DNA of 64,000 nucleotides, from assembly GCA_023245335.1 (NCBI GenBank), contig JAHFKK010000001.1:363282-427281 (forward strand). The letters run 5' to 3'. Position numbers and translations under genes: made by a program. The notes under the pieces were generated by a model, which had not been told where the DNA came from, searched no databases, and saw only the letters and a list, made by a program, of their open reading frames with translations. Positions 48,424-58,182 of this stretch are shown one piece after another. The stretch's first letter is position 1; each line of letters opens with the position of its first letter. The stretch comes from Candidatus Gottesmanbacteria bacterium (GTDB lineage: Bacteria > Patescibacteriota > Microgenomatia > UBA10105 > UBA927).

Positions 48424-48666
48424 CTATAAGGGGAGTACGCGTTGGGCAGTCGAGACCGGTGGAGCTTTCTTCACTTTTTCTTTTGCCTCTATAGATTCCG
48501 ATACCATGAGTTCCAAAAGATCGCTTCGGAGAATGGCGTATATCCCGTGTCCTCCCGCAGAAAGATGTCGGGCTTTCAGCATTTTGTGTTCTATCCACCG
48601 GCGGATCGTATCCGGATGTTTGTGGAGAAACCGGGCAGCTTCTTCGACGGTAACGATATCATTCAT
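48424..48666 (-). CDS. HTH_17/MerR-like DNA-binding protein
   Basis: VTVEEAARFLHKHPDTIRRWI..LKA. Confidence 0.8.
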   Translation of the reverse strand: MNDIVTVEEAARFLHKHPDTIRRWIEHKMLKARHLSAGGHGIYAILRSDLLELMVSESIEAKEKVKKAPPVSTAQRVLPL

Positions 48667-48764
48667 TGTGACGACCTAGAGTATAGCACAGTGTGCAAGA
48701 GACGGAAGACTTTGTATTGATATTGTAATCTATCTCATCGACAAACCGGCGGTGACGCGCCACT

Positions 48765-49463
48765 ATGACGATGCCGATGAATTTCGGCGCGAAGGGAGGT
48801 AATGGTATGAAAACCCCATTCCTTATTGTAGCCGGAGTCATTCTGATAGGCGTCGGCGCAGTGCTTGTTACGAGAAAGGCGCCATCGCCGCCGCCCCCAA
48901 CTCATGAGACCGTATCTACAAGTCCGACCACAGCAACCGCAACAACCGGAACCTGTAAAGAGGAAAACGTTTCCCTCCCGAACTACTCCGATCCGGGCAA
49001 GCGCCTCCGTAACTGTTTCGTCCAGTATCCCGGTGAACCGAGCCGACAGGACAAAAGTTATTACATCGTGGAGGACACCTGTGGACAGTTTACCCAGGCA
49101 TTTATGGAAGGCACCCTGGGAGGGAAGATTACCCATGTAGCGCCGCCCCAAATCGCAGGGATTAATGACTGCAGTTATTATCTCACCGACAAAGAATACG
49201 TCATGCTCAATCTGGATTATCTGTCCGTCGCCAATCAGAAGACAGGCAATGAGGCTATGGGACGAAAGGTAGAAAAGGCTTCGGGCATACCTATGGATAA
49301 CATGGTCGTGTACCAGGAGGACGGAGCGATCAACGTCATCTATCTCATCCTGGGGCCTGAGAAGTTCTTGTCCCTGCGTCCGAGATCAAAAGCGACGATA
49401 CCGAATGATCGCTTCCTCACCTGGGCGGCAAACATAGGAAGTGCGATCAAGAGCTACAAATAA
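48765..49463 (+). CDS. Membrane-anchored secreted hypothetical protein
   Basis: N-terminal TM, Pro/Thr linker, four Cys. Confidence 0.75.
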   Translation: MTMPMNFGAKGGNGMKTPFLIVAGVILIGVGAVLVTRKAPSPPPPTHETVSTSPTTATATTGTCKEENVSLPNYSDPGKRLRNCFVQYPGEPSRQDKSYYIVEDTCGQFTQAFMEGTLGGKITHVAPPQIAGINDCSYYLTDKEYVMLNLDYLSVANQKTGNEAMGRKVEKASGIPMDNMVVYQEDGAINVIYLILGPEKFLSLRPRSKATIPNDRFLTWAANIGSAIKSYK

Positions 49464-49471
49464 GCTCACGG

Positions 49472-50341
49472 TCAGATTTTGAACCGCTCGACGAAAAACA
49501 TCGATCCCACGATGACGGCTCCACCGAGGAGCTGGTACACATCCAGCCGCTCATGGAGTAAAGGGTACGACAGGATGGTGACAAAGACAGGGGTGAGCGA
49601 CACAATCATCGTCACAAATGAGGCGGTCGCATGTTTGTACGCCCGGTTCCGTACCATCGTGATGCCAAGCGACAGGGCGCTCCCCAGTATGATAAACGGT
49701 ATGTGTCCGGATACCCGCAGAGCGCCAATTCCGACGGCAAAGATAAAAAGGGCGACAGAAGAAACGATAGATATGGCCGCCCCGCTTATGTCCGGATGCA
49801 TCCGGGAGATTGTGTGCTTTATGAGGATGTTGGAAATGAATGCGGCGGACAGTGCGTATACCAGGGTATAGATATCTCCGGTCGTGAGATGTATGCCTTT
49901 CCCGTTGGTTGTGAGTAAGAATGAGCCGAAAAGGATGAGTCCCGCGAGTATCCACTTTTTCACGCTGATGGCTTCTTTGAAAAAGATATACGCGAGGATG
50001 ATAGTGAATACGACGATCGTACGATAGAGAAACGCGAAGTTTGCGGCGGGCGAGTGCAGGAGTGTAATCGACTGCAGGTAGTTGAGGCCCACTGAGGATA
50101 TGACCCCTATACCTACGAGATACCATTTGAATTTAGGCGAAAGCGCTTGGTATTCCTCTCTGTGTTTGCCGAGTATGTATATCCACGGCGGGATCATGAT
50201 GAGGCCGATCCAGACGGTAAGGTTGAGGGGATCCTCGCCTTTCAGAAGAAGATATCGGGTGTTTACGAGCGAGCACGCCCAAAGGAATGCGGTCGCCAGT
50301 GAAAATATAAGTCCCCTGCTCATTCCGGAAAATAACTTCAT
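49472..50341 (-). CDS. EamA/DMT family transporter, paralog of 29219-30076
   Basis: Shared NF(A/S)FL.R, LLTTNG and A(S/T)ASFVTMI motifs. Confidence 0.9.
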   Translation of the reverse strand: MKLFSGMSRGLIFSLATAFLWACSLVNTRYLLLKGEDPLNLTVWIGLIMIPPWIYILGKHREEYQALSPKFKWYLVGIGVISSVGLNYLQSITLLHSPAANFAFLYRTIVVFTIILAYIFFKEAISVKKWILAGLILFGSFLLTTNGKGIHLTTGDIYTLVYALSAAFISNILIKHTISRMHPDISGAAISIVSSVALFIFAVGIGALRVSGHIPFIILGSALSLGITMVRNRAYKHATASFVTMIVSLTPVFVTILSYPLLHERLDVYQLLGGAVIVGSMFFVERFKI

Positions 50342-50518
50342 GTCTTTCGCATTATAGTACAAATATCCCGGTGCGTTCTGTCGGTCATTTCTACCGGTGA
50401 GCAGTATAATGGGACACATGGCGAAGAGTGGAGAAGTGGACGAGCTCCATGCAAAGGTAGTTTCGTATCTTCCTAAACCGGAGTTGACATTTCTCATAGA
50501 GTTTGTAATATATATCAC

Positions 50519-50995
50519 ATGGTTAAAAACATCGTTATTCTCGTTCTGGTTGTTCTTGCTGCAGGTGAAGGATACTTCCTCATGCATAAATCCAATGGTC
50601 CCATGGTACAGGGCGCAGAGCGCGAAAATGCGCAGCAGCCTCGTCCCAGCGGCGCTCCAAACAGGCCGCCGATCCTAGGTAAAGGCGATAAGCTTATGGG
50701 ATCGCCCTTAGAGAAATTTGCATTTAAGATCGCGCCAGGAGATATACCTCCTGAATCCCAAGCCAAACTCACCGGCTTTGCCGTGAAGTCGACGAAACTT
50801 GCTGACGGATCGGAGCAGGTCTCGCTCACGCCGAAAGATGCGGATGATCAGTTCCAACAGTATACCGTCAAACCCGGCCAAGTACTCTATTTCATAGAGA
50901 TGACGGGGTCAGATGATGTCGGCAGTCAGGATTTGGATAAGAACTATCGCGATGACTACGGCATGATCACCGACGCAAACGGCGTGATCCAGTAA
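50519..50995 (+). CDS. Secreted or membrane-anchored hypothetical protein
   Basis: N-terminal hydrophobic helix; TTGACA at 50484 upstream. Confidence 0.75.
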   Translation: MVKNIVILVLVVLAAGEGYFLMHKSNGPMVQGAERENAQQPRPSGAPNRPPILGKGDKLMGSPLEKFAFKIAPGDIPPESQAKLTGFAVKSTKLADGSEQVSLTPKDADDQFQQYTVKPGQVLYFIEMTGSDDVGSQDLDKNYRDDYGMITDANGVIQ

Positions 50996-51077
50996 CGTCA
51001 TCCCCCAAACCGTCCTCAACCTCCGATTTGGCAAATATACCCGTTTCAGGTATAATATTAGGCCTATAGGACAGCCT

Positions 51078-51308
51078 ATGACAGGAAAATCATCATCAGC
51101 GAAGGAATCAGTCCCCAGTGTTCTCATCCTCCTTGGACGGACACCAGAAGGCATGGGGTCATTCCTTACGCGTGCCGCAGGAAGGACTGTGCCATTCGAT
51201 GTGGATTATCCACGACTCAAGGCACAACCAGATGTACAACCAGCAACCGGCGCGCGCGCTTCTATAGCCCGACGCGTGGCTGCGCTCAAAAGGGCATTTG
51301 GAATTTAA
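51078..51308 (+). CDS. Hypothetical protein
   Basis: 76 aa; TATAAT and AGGA upstream. Confidence 0.5.
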   Translation: MTGKSSSAKESVPSVLILLGRTPEGMGSFLTRAAGRTVPFDVDYPRLKAQPDVQPATGARASIARRVAALKRAFGI

Positions 51309-51341
51309 GTTTTTTTCATTGAGCACAATTTATCGATCTCT

Positions 51342-51704
51342 ATGCCATCAGTACAGAAATTACTACGTAGTGTGAAGCGGGCTAGGAACGAGCTGTTTCG
51401 CGAATCCAAAAATTTGCCTCCGGGTTATTGCGATTTTATAAATAGACCGGTGTCAGAATTCGCATCAGAGAGCCATATCTGGCGCAGTAACGAACCTGCA
51501 GAGATCGGTGATTATCCCTCTCATTTGGTTGCGTCCATCCATACACGCGGGAAGGGCGGTGTCATCATCCAATTCTCCGGAAGCAATAAGAAAGATAGAG
51601 GTATCGTGTTGGGAAGTGTTACCGACATCGAGAACAACGATGAAGTCGTCAAAGCTCTGGAAGAGAAAACCAGAAGGAGAGGATGGAAGTTAGAATTAGA
51701 ATAG
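51342..51704 (+). CDS. Hypothetical protein
   Basis: 120-aa ORF that fills the gap. Confidence 0.6.
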   Translation: MPSVQKLLRSVKRARNELFRESKNLPPGYCDFINRPVSEFASESHIWRSNEPAEIGDYPSHLVASIHTRGKGGVIIQFSGSNKKDRGIVLGSVTDIENNDEVVKALEEKTRRRGWKLELE

Positions 51705-51748
51705 GTTTCATTGTCCCGAGCGTGTAAAGTAAGACAGAAATTATTGGT

Positions 51749-52024
51749 ATGCCAATCATAGACGCCATTTCAGCCGAGAAATTAGCAGCGTTGCGAAAAA
51801 TTGGTTCGGATGTGGAAGCACGCAAGAAACAGGAAGCTGCAGATATCCAGCTGGCACTTAGTCTCGGCGAAGAACCCGGCAAACTTACGCACGATCAGCT
51901 TGAGACGTTATTAGATATACAAATGGGCGGAAAGGGAGACCATATCTCGCATCAGGTTATCAGGCGTAAGCTCTGGAAAGGCCATAAGTTCAGTTTCCGC
52001 ATGGCCGGACAGAAAACCAGGTAA
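51749..52024 (+). CDS. Hypothetical protein
   Basis: 91-aa ORF that fills the gap. Confidence 0.6.
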   Translation: MPIIDAISAEKLAALRKIGSDVEARKKQEAADIQLALSLGEEPGKLTHDQLETLLDIQMGGKGDHISHQVIRRKLWKGHKFSFRMAGQKTR

Positions 52025-52030
52025 GGGGAT

Positions 52031-52267
52031 TTAGCGGCCGACAGGATGCAATCGTGTACCCACGCCCCAGTTACGTAGCATCATTTTGGCGAATCGGGGG
52101 TCCAGCCATTCTGCCCTTCTTAGTATCCCCAGATCACGTCGGCCATTTTTATCTTCTATCGCGATCTCGACTTTGCCGGCGAAGCCGGGCTGGACGAGTA
52201 ACCGCGCCCGGTGTGTATTGCCGGATGCTTCATGTACCGTTGCAGTAAACCTTTTTTCGTCAAACAT
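52031..52267 (-). CDS. Hypothetical protein
   Basis: 78 aa, convergent with the previous ORF. Confidence 0.5.
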   Translation of the reverse strand: MFDEKRFTATVHEASGNTHRARLLVQPGFAGKVEIAIEDKNGRRDLGILRRAEWLDPRFAKMMLRNWGVGTRLHPVGR

Positions 52268-52356
52268 ATGTCGTCGGCGGGCTGGTTGCGCCTATAGTAC
52301 CACAAGAAGCTATTTATGGAAAATATACGCAACATAGAGTGGTATAGTGGGATGGT

Positions 52357-52623
52357 ATGGCAAGACGCAGACTGACGTGGGATAGCGACGTCGTACTCAC
52401 GGTACGCATACGGAAATATCTCTGGCATGAGTTTGTACAGGACGTATGTATCGCGATATACGTGGTCTATATTCTATTGAATTCCTTGTCGAAACGGCTC
52501 TTCCATTGTCCCGTCCGGGAATCCTTGAAACGTTTACTCCACGGTATCAAATGGGCTTTCTGGATTTGGTTAGCTGGCGTATGGACCTACCTTCTTGTAG
52601 CCAGCGCCTTTGGTTGGCGCTAA
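52357..52623 (+). CDS. Hypothetical membrane protein
   Basis: 88 aa with two hydrophobic segments; TATAGT shortly upstream. Confidence 0.5.
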   Translation: MARRRLTWDSDVVLTVRIRKYLWHEFVQDVCIAIYVVYILLNSLSKRLFHCPVRESLKRLLHGIKWAFWIWLAGVWTYLLVASAFGWR

Positions 52624-52665
52624 TAGTCGTGTAGACCTTGGAGGTAAAGAATAGAAAAGTTCAAT

Positions 52666-53421
52666 ATGGCTAAATTTATCGGAGGGACTAGTAAATATCT
52701 AATCCAGCAAAAATTTTATTACATGCTGGGAGGGTATCTTCTCATGATTTGTCTTGTGGTCGCGTTGCTGTGGTATTGGGTGTTTATACTCCATTTTGTC
52801 CACAATATTTGGGTTATTTTGACAGCTACGATAGTTTTTCTTATCGTTTACAAGGTCATTACTTACTTTGTTAATGACGGGATGAAGCACGAATTTGCTT
52901 TTGGTTATGGGATAACCGGTGAAGCAAAAGTAGCAGAGGAACTCAACCGTTTACCCGCCAGCTACACAGTTATTCAAGATGTGAAACTTTCAGATACAAA
53001 GACAAACATTGATTTTGTAGTCCTTGGCCCAAATGGAATATGGGCAGTTGAAGTAAAAAGTCACAAAGGCAATATCACTTATGATGGAAGCCGGTTGTTG
53101 AGATATGGCCGGCCACTCGAAAAGAATTTTATCGGTCAGTCACGTCTCGAGGCTACCGCGCTAACTGATTATCTTCAGTCACATATAGACCGTCACATAT
53201 ATGTTGATTCACTCCTCGTATTTTCAAGTCCAAAAGCGACCATGCGCTTTGGTGAGCACCCGATACAAGATGTGGTTATAATTGGTGCTTCATGGCTTAA
53301 CCGGCATATCCTTGAACATCAGTCGCAAATTAAGTTTACACCGCAGGATATCGACCAAATTGCACGTGTCCTGCAATTAGAAAAAATAGATGGTAGTAAA
53401 CCTGCAATGGGTGTAAAATAG
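52666..53421 (+). CDS. NERD-domain nuclease-related protein with 2 N-terminal TMs
   Basis: GITGEAKV..L, NIDFVVLGPNGIWAVEVK. Confidence 0.88.
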   Translation: MAKFIGGTSKYLIQQKFYYMLGGYLLMICLVVALLWYWVFILHFVHNIWVILTATIVFLIVYKVITYFVNDGMKHEFAFGYGITGEAKVAEELNRLPASYTVIQDVKLSDTKTNIDFVVLGPNGIWAVEVKSHKGNITYDGSRLLRYGRPLEKNFIGQSRLEATALTDYLQSHIDRHIYVDSLLVFSSPKATMRFGEHPIQDVVIIGASWLNRHILEHQSQIKFTPQDIDQIARVLQLEKIDGSKPAMGVK

Positions 53422-53443
53422 GGCAGATCAGAACTATTTTTAT

Positions 53444-55075
53444 ATGCCACAGCTTACTTGGATCGGAAAAGATAAAGTCGAAAACCACGACAAGGACCTT
53501 CCTTTTCGAGTGCTGAAACCAAACAAAAAACTTTCAGTCGGTGAGGACGACAATCTTCTTATACAAGGTGACAATCTCGAAGCATTAAAAGCTTTAATGC
53601 CGTTTTACTACAATAAGATTAAGTGTATTTATATTGATCCACCATATAACACGGGAAACGAGAAGTGGGTTTATAACGACAAGGTAAATTCGGCCCGAAT
53701 TAAAAAATGGCTTCATTCCGTAGTAGGAACGGAAGATCTTGAACGTCACGATAAGTGGTTATGTATGATTTATCCTAGAATTAAACTTCTTAGGGATTTA
53801 TTAAAAGAAGACGGTGCTATTTTTGTTTCGATAGACGATAACGAAGTAGACAATCTTAGGCTTTTAATGGACGAAGTATTTGGGTCTAAAAACTTCGTAG
53901 CTATGATAATAGTTCAAATTAATCCAAGAGGAAGAACATTAGATAGATTTTTAGCTAAAACCCACGAGTATATTCTTCTTTATGCGAAAAATGCCGAACT
54001 CGATTCTTGTATAAATCTTATTCCTAAAGTAGGTCATTCTTTAGGAACATATAACAAAAAGGACGACAAAGGTATTTATAGAACACTTGAATTAAGAAAT
54101 CGGAACCCCGTTTTTAACCGCAAAAACCGACCTAATTTATATTACCCAATCTTTGTAAATCCTGTTGATTTTAAGATTTCTTTAACTAAAGACACCAAAC
54201 ACACAATTGAGGTTTTCCCCTTGAACAGCACAGGTGTTGAAGGGTGTTGGACTTGGGGAAAAGATAAAGTAGCACAAGAAATAGGTACTCTACTTGGCAA
54301 AAAGGTTTCTACCGGTGTATGGAGAATCTATAGAAAAGATTACCTTTACGACGATCAGGGAAATGAGTCATTAACTAAGGCAAAAGCACTTTGGACAGAA
54401 TCAGAATTTAATAATGAAAATGGGAAAGAGATTGTAAGGAAAATATTTGGTGGGAATTCGCCCTTTGACTATCCAAAATCGGTAGATCTGATTAAGCATT
54501 GTATCAAATTAGGATCTGGAAGTAGCGATATTATTATGGATTCTTTCGCCGGATCAGGTACCACAGGTCACGCAGTATTAGAATTAAATAAAGAAGATGG
54601 TGGTAAACGAAAGTTTATATTGGTCGAGCTTGAAGAGGAAATAGCTAAAAAAACAACCGCAGTTAGACTTCAAAAAGTAATCAAAGGATATAACGGAGCT
54701 ATGTATCCTAACGGGACAGGGCAAGGCTTCCAGTATTTAGATTTAAACGGAGAATTATTTGACAGAACAGGTATTATAAACAACGTAGTAAATTACGAAG
54801 ACCTAGCCTCTTATATTTACTTTACTGAAACAAAGTCATATTTAGATCTAGGAATAATCAGAAATTCCTATATAGGTAGTTTTGGTTCAAATAATTATTT
54901 CTTATTATTCAACGGTATAGGAAAGAATGTTTTAGACGAGAGGTTTTTAAAGTCAATTTCCAGATATGAAGGGAAAAAGGTTGTATTTGCCGATAAATGC
55001 CTATTAGACGACGATTATTGTGAAAAGCACAACATTGTCTTTAAACAAATTCCTTACGAATTAAAGAAATATTAA
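53444..55075 (+). CDS. mod: Type III restriction-modification methyltransferase (Mod)
   Basis: IQGDNLEAL, IYIDPPYNTG (motif IV), DSFAGSGTT (motif I), beta-class order; AT-rich. Confidence 0.93.
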   Translation: MPQLTWIGKDKVENHDKDLPFRVLKPNKKLSVGEDDNLLIQGDNLEALKALMPFYYNKIKCIYIDPPYNTGNEKWVYNDKVNSARIKKWLHSVVGTEDLERHDKWLCMIYPRIKLLRDLLKEDGAIFVSIDDNEVDNLRLLMDEVFGSKNFVAMIIVQINPRGRTLDRFLAKTHEYILLYAKNAELDSCINLIPKVGHSLGTYNKKDDKGIYRTLELRNRNPVFNRKNRPNLYYPIFVNPVDFKISLTKDTKHTIEVFPLNSTGVEGCWTWGKDKVAQEIGTLLGKKVSTGVWRIYRKDYLYDDQGNESLTKAKALWTESEFNNENGKEIVRKIFGGNSPFDYPKSVDLIKHCIKLGSGSSDIIMDSFAGSGTTGHAVLELNKEDGGKRKFILVELEEEIAKKTTAVRLQKVIKGYNGAMYPNGTGQGFQYLDLNGELFDRTGIINNVVNYEDLASYIYFTETKSYLDLGIIRNSYIGSFGSNNYFLLFNGIGKNVLDERFLKSISRYEGKKVVFADKCLLDDDYCEKHNIVFKQIPYELKKY

Positions 55076-55076
55076 T

Positions 55077-57389
55077 ATGTTAAATTTAAAAAAGTATCAA
55101 GCTAGAACATTACAAGAATTAGATGATTTTCTGGTTAATGCAAGTGCCTTAAAAGGTGGGCGCGGAATTAGAATAGCCTATCTAGATCAGGTAGGTGACG
55201 AAGAAAGGCATTACAAGCCAATAGAAAAGCTGGAGGAATCACCCTTTGTATGTATTAAAATTCCGACTGGCGGTGGAAAAACCTTAGTTGCCTGTCACGC
55301 ACTTCCAGTTATCCTCGATCGTTATTTAAAAGATAAAAATGGAAAAGGTCTTGTTATATGGTTTGTTCCTTCGGACGCTATCAGGTCCCAAACTCTAAAC
55401 AACCTTAAAGACAGAAACCATCCCTATCGTGAAGTATTAGATAGTAAGTTTGGAAATAACGTTAAAGTTTTAACGATTGAAGAAGCCTTATCTATATCAA
55501 AATCGGATATACAAAATAATCTATGTATCGTAGTTGCTAGTCTTTCAGCATTTAGACGAACAGATACATTGTGGTTAAAGGTTTTTCAGAATAACGGTTC
55601 TTTAATATCCCATTTTGAAAATCTTATTGAAGACAAAGACTTTTTTGAAAAAGACGAGGAAGGTGAAATCATTTATTCACTAGCAAATGTGATCAAAATG
55701 AACAATCCGCTTATAATAGTTGACGAAGGACATAATGCACAAACACTGTTATCATTTGAAATGCTTCAGAAGCTTAACCCCTCGTTTATTTTAGAATTTA
55801 CCGCTACACCAAGGGCAGAAAGCAATGTATTAGTTAAAGTTCTTGCTTCTGAATTAAAGGCAGAAAAGATGGTCAAGATTCCCATTTACTTAGATAACGT
55901 TACCCAATGGCAAGAAGCAATTCGTGATGGCGTTAAGCAACGTAATGATCTTGAAAAGCTAGCGGGAAAAGAAAAGCGATTAACAAAAGAATATATTCGT
56001 CCAGTCGCCCTACTTCAAGCAGAACAAGAAAAGGAAAACAACACAAAGATATATGTAGAAAAAATTAAACGGTTTTTACTGGAAGAACTTGAGATTCCAG
56101 AAGCACAAATTGCAATTAAGACCAGTAAGCAAGATCAGATTAAAGGAATTGACTTATTTAAATCGAACTGTCCGATACGCTACATAATTACCGTAAACGC
56201 CCTTAAAGAAGGCTGGGATTGTTCTTTTGCTTATGTTCTTATTTCTGTTGCTAATCTAGGCGCTACAATAGCCGTAGAACAGACAATGGGACGCATAATG
56301 CGTCTACCTAATGCCAAGGACAAAAAGTCGGTAGATCTTAACTATTCCTATATCTATACGTCTTCTGAAAGCTTTAACAGGGCTTCTAGCGCCATTATAA
56401 AGGGCTTAGAGCAAAACGGTTATTCAAGACAAGATCTTCGTAAAAATGAAGGAACGATCGTCCCAGAAAAAGAAGAATTCGATAAGTTTATCAAGGATAA
56501 AGATATTAAAGTTCCATTGTTGGGGATAAAAGGCAAAGGCGACGCTTTAGCTTTCAATAGAGATCTTATTGGTGAAGATTTCCGAATCTATGATCATTCC
56601 AAACCATTCGAAATCGATTTTCATAATGACCAGAATCAAAGAATTAAGATTGACATAGATAAAGAAAACGGCTTATATCGCATAACGCAGGGGAAACTTA
56701 GCCTAATCTTGTACCCGGAAGATTTTTCAATTGAAGAAGTAGGTAATTGGCTAAAACAGAATATCAGACATAATGTCGTTTCTTCCGACGAAATGTCTAA
56801 ATATATCGATTTGGTATTGGTTGAAGCTTCAAAGAAACATAAGATCGAAGAAATAAGCCTGAATAGGTTTCGACTTAAAGAATTGATCGGATTCGAAGTC
56901 TTAAAGATAATTACCGAATATGCCAAAAGTGTATTTGATAAGCTAATGTCTAAGAAGGCCCTTAACACCGATTCCGCTTACTTTACGCCGACAGAAAGTA
57001 TCTTTCTTTTAAGATTATCCGAAGAACACTTTCAGAAACACTTATTTGAACGGTCAGGTCATTTAAACGGCGAAGAAACAGATTTTGCTATGCGTTTAGA
57101 CACGCTAGATAATCTTATGTGGTGGTATAGGAATCGCGAAAAAGAAGACTTCTACCTTCAAGGGTGGAAACAGGGGAAGTTCTACCCCGATTTTATAGCC
57201 AAAACCAAAAGCGGAAAGTATTTACTAATTGAATATAAAGGTGAAGATAGACTTAGTAATGAAGATACTGGCTACAAGAAAGATCTGGGAAATTTATGGT
57301 CAAAGATTTCCGGAGGTAAACATAAGTTTTATTTAGTAAACAAAAGTAATTCAGACGAAATTCTTAAAGAAATCTCAAGAATTGCGTAG
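55077..57389 (+). CDS. res: Type III restriction endonuclease/helicase (Res)
   Basis: IPTGGGKT, DEGH, TATP, LKEGWD, QTMGRIMR, C-terminal YPDF..IEYKG nuclease motif. Confidence 0.92.
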   Translation: MLNLKKYQARTLQELDDFLVNASALKGGRGIRIAYLDQVGDEERHYKPIEKLEESPFVCIKIPTGGGKTLVACHALPVILDRYLKDKNGKGLVIWFVPSDAIRSQTLNNLKDRNHPYREVLDSKFGNNVKVLTIEEALSISKSDIQNNLCIVVASLSAFRRTDTLWLKVFQNNGSLISHFENLIEDKDFFEKDEEGEIIYSLANVIKMNNPLIIVDEGHNAQTLLSFEMLQKLNPSFILEFTATPRAESNVLVKVLASELKAEKMVKIPIYLDNVTQWQEAIRDGVKQRNDLEKLAGKEKRLTKEYIRPVALLQAEQEKENNTKIYVEKIKRFLLEELEIPEAQIAIKTSKQDQIKGIDLFKSNCPIRYIITVNALKEGWDCSFAYVLISVANLGATIAVEQTMGRIMRLPNAKDKKSVDLNYSYIYTSSESFNRASSAIIKGLEQNGYSRQDLRKNEGTIVPEKEEFDKFIKDKDIKVPLLGIKGKGDALAFNRDLIGEDFRIYDHSKPFEIDFHNDQNQRIKIDIDKENGLYRITQGKLSLILYPEDFSIEEVGNWLKQNIRHNVVSSDEMSKYIDLVLVEASKKHKIEEISLNRFRLKELIGFEVLKIITEYAKSVFDKLMSKKALNTDSAYFTPTESIFLLRLSEEHFQKHLFERSGHLNGEETDFAMRLDTLDNLMWWYRNREKEDFYLQGWKQGKFYPDFIAKTKSGKYLLIEYKGEDRLSNEDTGYKKDLGNLWSKISGGKHKFYLVNKSNSDEILKEISRIA

Positions 57390-57391
57390 GT

Positions 57392-57847
57392 ATGAAAACC
57401 CCTTCATTTTTTCTTCCTGACCAAGACGGCAAGACACATTCTATGTCTGACTACCGAGGTAAATGGGTAGTGGTGTACTTCTACCCCAAAGACGATACGC
57501 CGGGGTGCACGAAGGAAGCATGCGGGTTCCGGGATTTCGGCGCTGACTTTGCCAAACGGGGAGTCGTGATACTTGGGATATCCAAAGACAGTGTGGAGTC
57601 CCACAAAAAGTTTGCGGACAAATACAAGCTCACTTTCCCGCTCCTTGCCGACGTCGACCACAAAGTGGCCGAAAGCTTTGGCGCGTGGGGAGTGAAGAAG
57701 TTTATGGGTCGAGAATTTACCGGAGTACTACGTAACACTTATATCATTAATCCCACGGGTGAAATCGTGAAGATGTATGAAGGCGTGAATCCCCTAGTGC
57801 ACGCGAAAGAAGTACTCGCGGACCTGCCGGGATTAATGAGCGTGTGA
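57392..57847 (+). CDS. bcp: Peroxiredoxin Bcp/PrxQ
   Basis: YFYPKDDTPGCTKEAC. Confidence 0.95.
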   Translation: MKTPSFFLPDQDGKTHSMSDYRGKWVVVYFYPKDDTPGCTKEACGFRDFGADFAKRGVVILGISKDSVESHKKFADKYKLTFPLLADVDHKVAESFGAWGVKKFMGREFTGVLRNTYIINPTGEIVKMYEGVNPLVHAKEVLADLPGLMSV

Positions 57848-57917
57848 TGGTTGCCTCTCTACTTACCGAATTCTATATTCGGCGATCGGGTGGTATGATT
57901 ATGGTACGATTTTGTCT

Positions 57918-58154
57918 ATGAAACTATTCCGTTACCGTAAGCCGTCTATGAACACGATCCTTGGAATTACCCGAGTGAAGCGATCCATACGGAAAGCAAC
58001 GGGAGTGAGTACCATCGAGCGATATACGAAGCCCAGCAGGATCAAACAATCCATCAAACAAAAGGTGGGTCTCTATAGTCCGACCATGACGGTTGTCCGC
58101 CAGACGTCCAAAGGGAAGCTGCCGTCGTTTTTTGGATTGTTTGGGAAAAAGTGA
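57918..58154 (+). CDS. Small highly basic hypothetical protein
   Basis: Lys/Arg-rich, 78 aa. Confidence 0.6.
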   Translation: MKLFRYRKPSMNTILGITRVKRSIRKATGVSTIERYTKPSRIKQSIKQKVGLYSPTMTVVRQTSKGKLPSFFGLFGKK

Positions 58155-58182
58155 TATAAACGTCTGGAAGATTCTTTAGCAT

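Noticed and set aside
38839-48666. Prophage, suggested by baseplate-J-like, excisionase-HTH and Doc genes
   Set aside because: No capsid, terminase, tail or integrase genes; the region is interspersed with housekeeping genes.
50418-50678. ORF MAKSGEVDEL.. after a TATAAT box
   Set aside because: It runs through the promoter and start of the 50519 gene; it may be a remnant but is unsupported.
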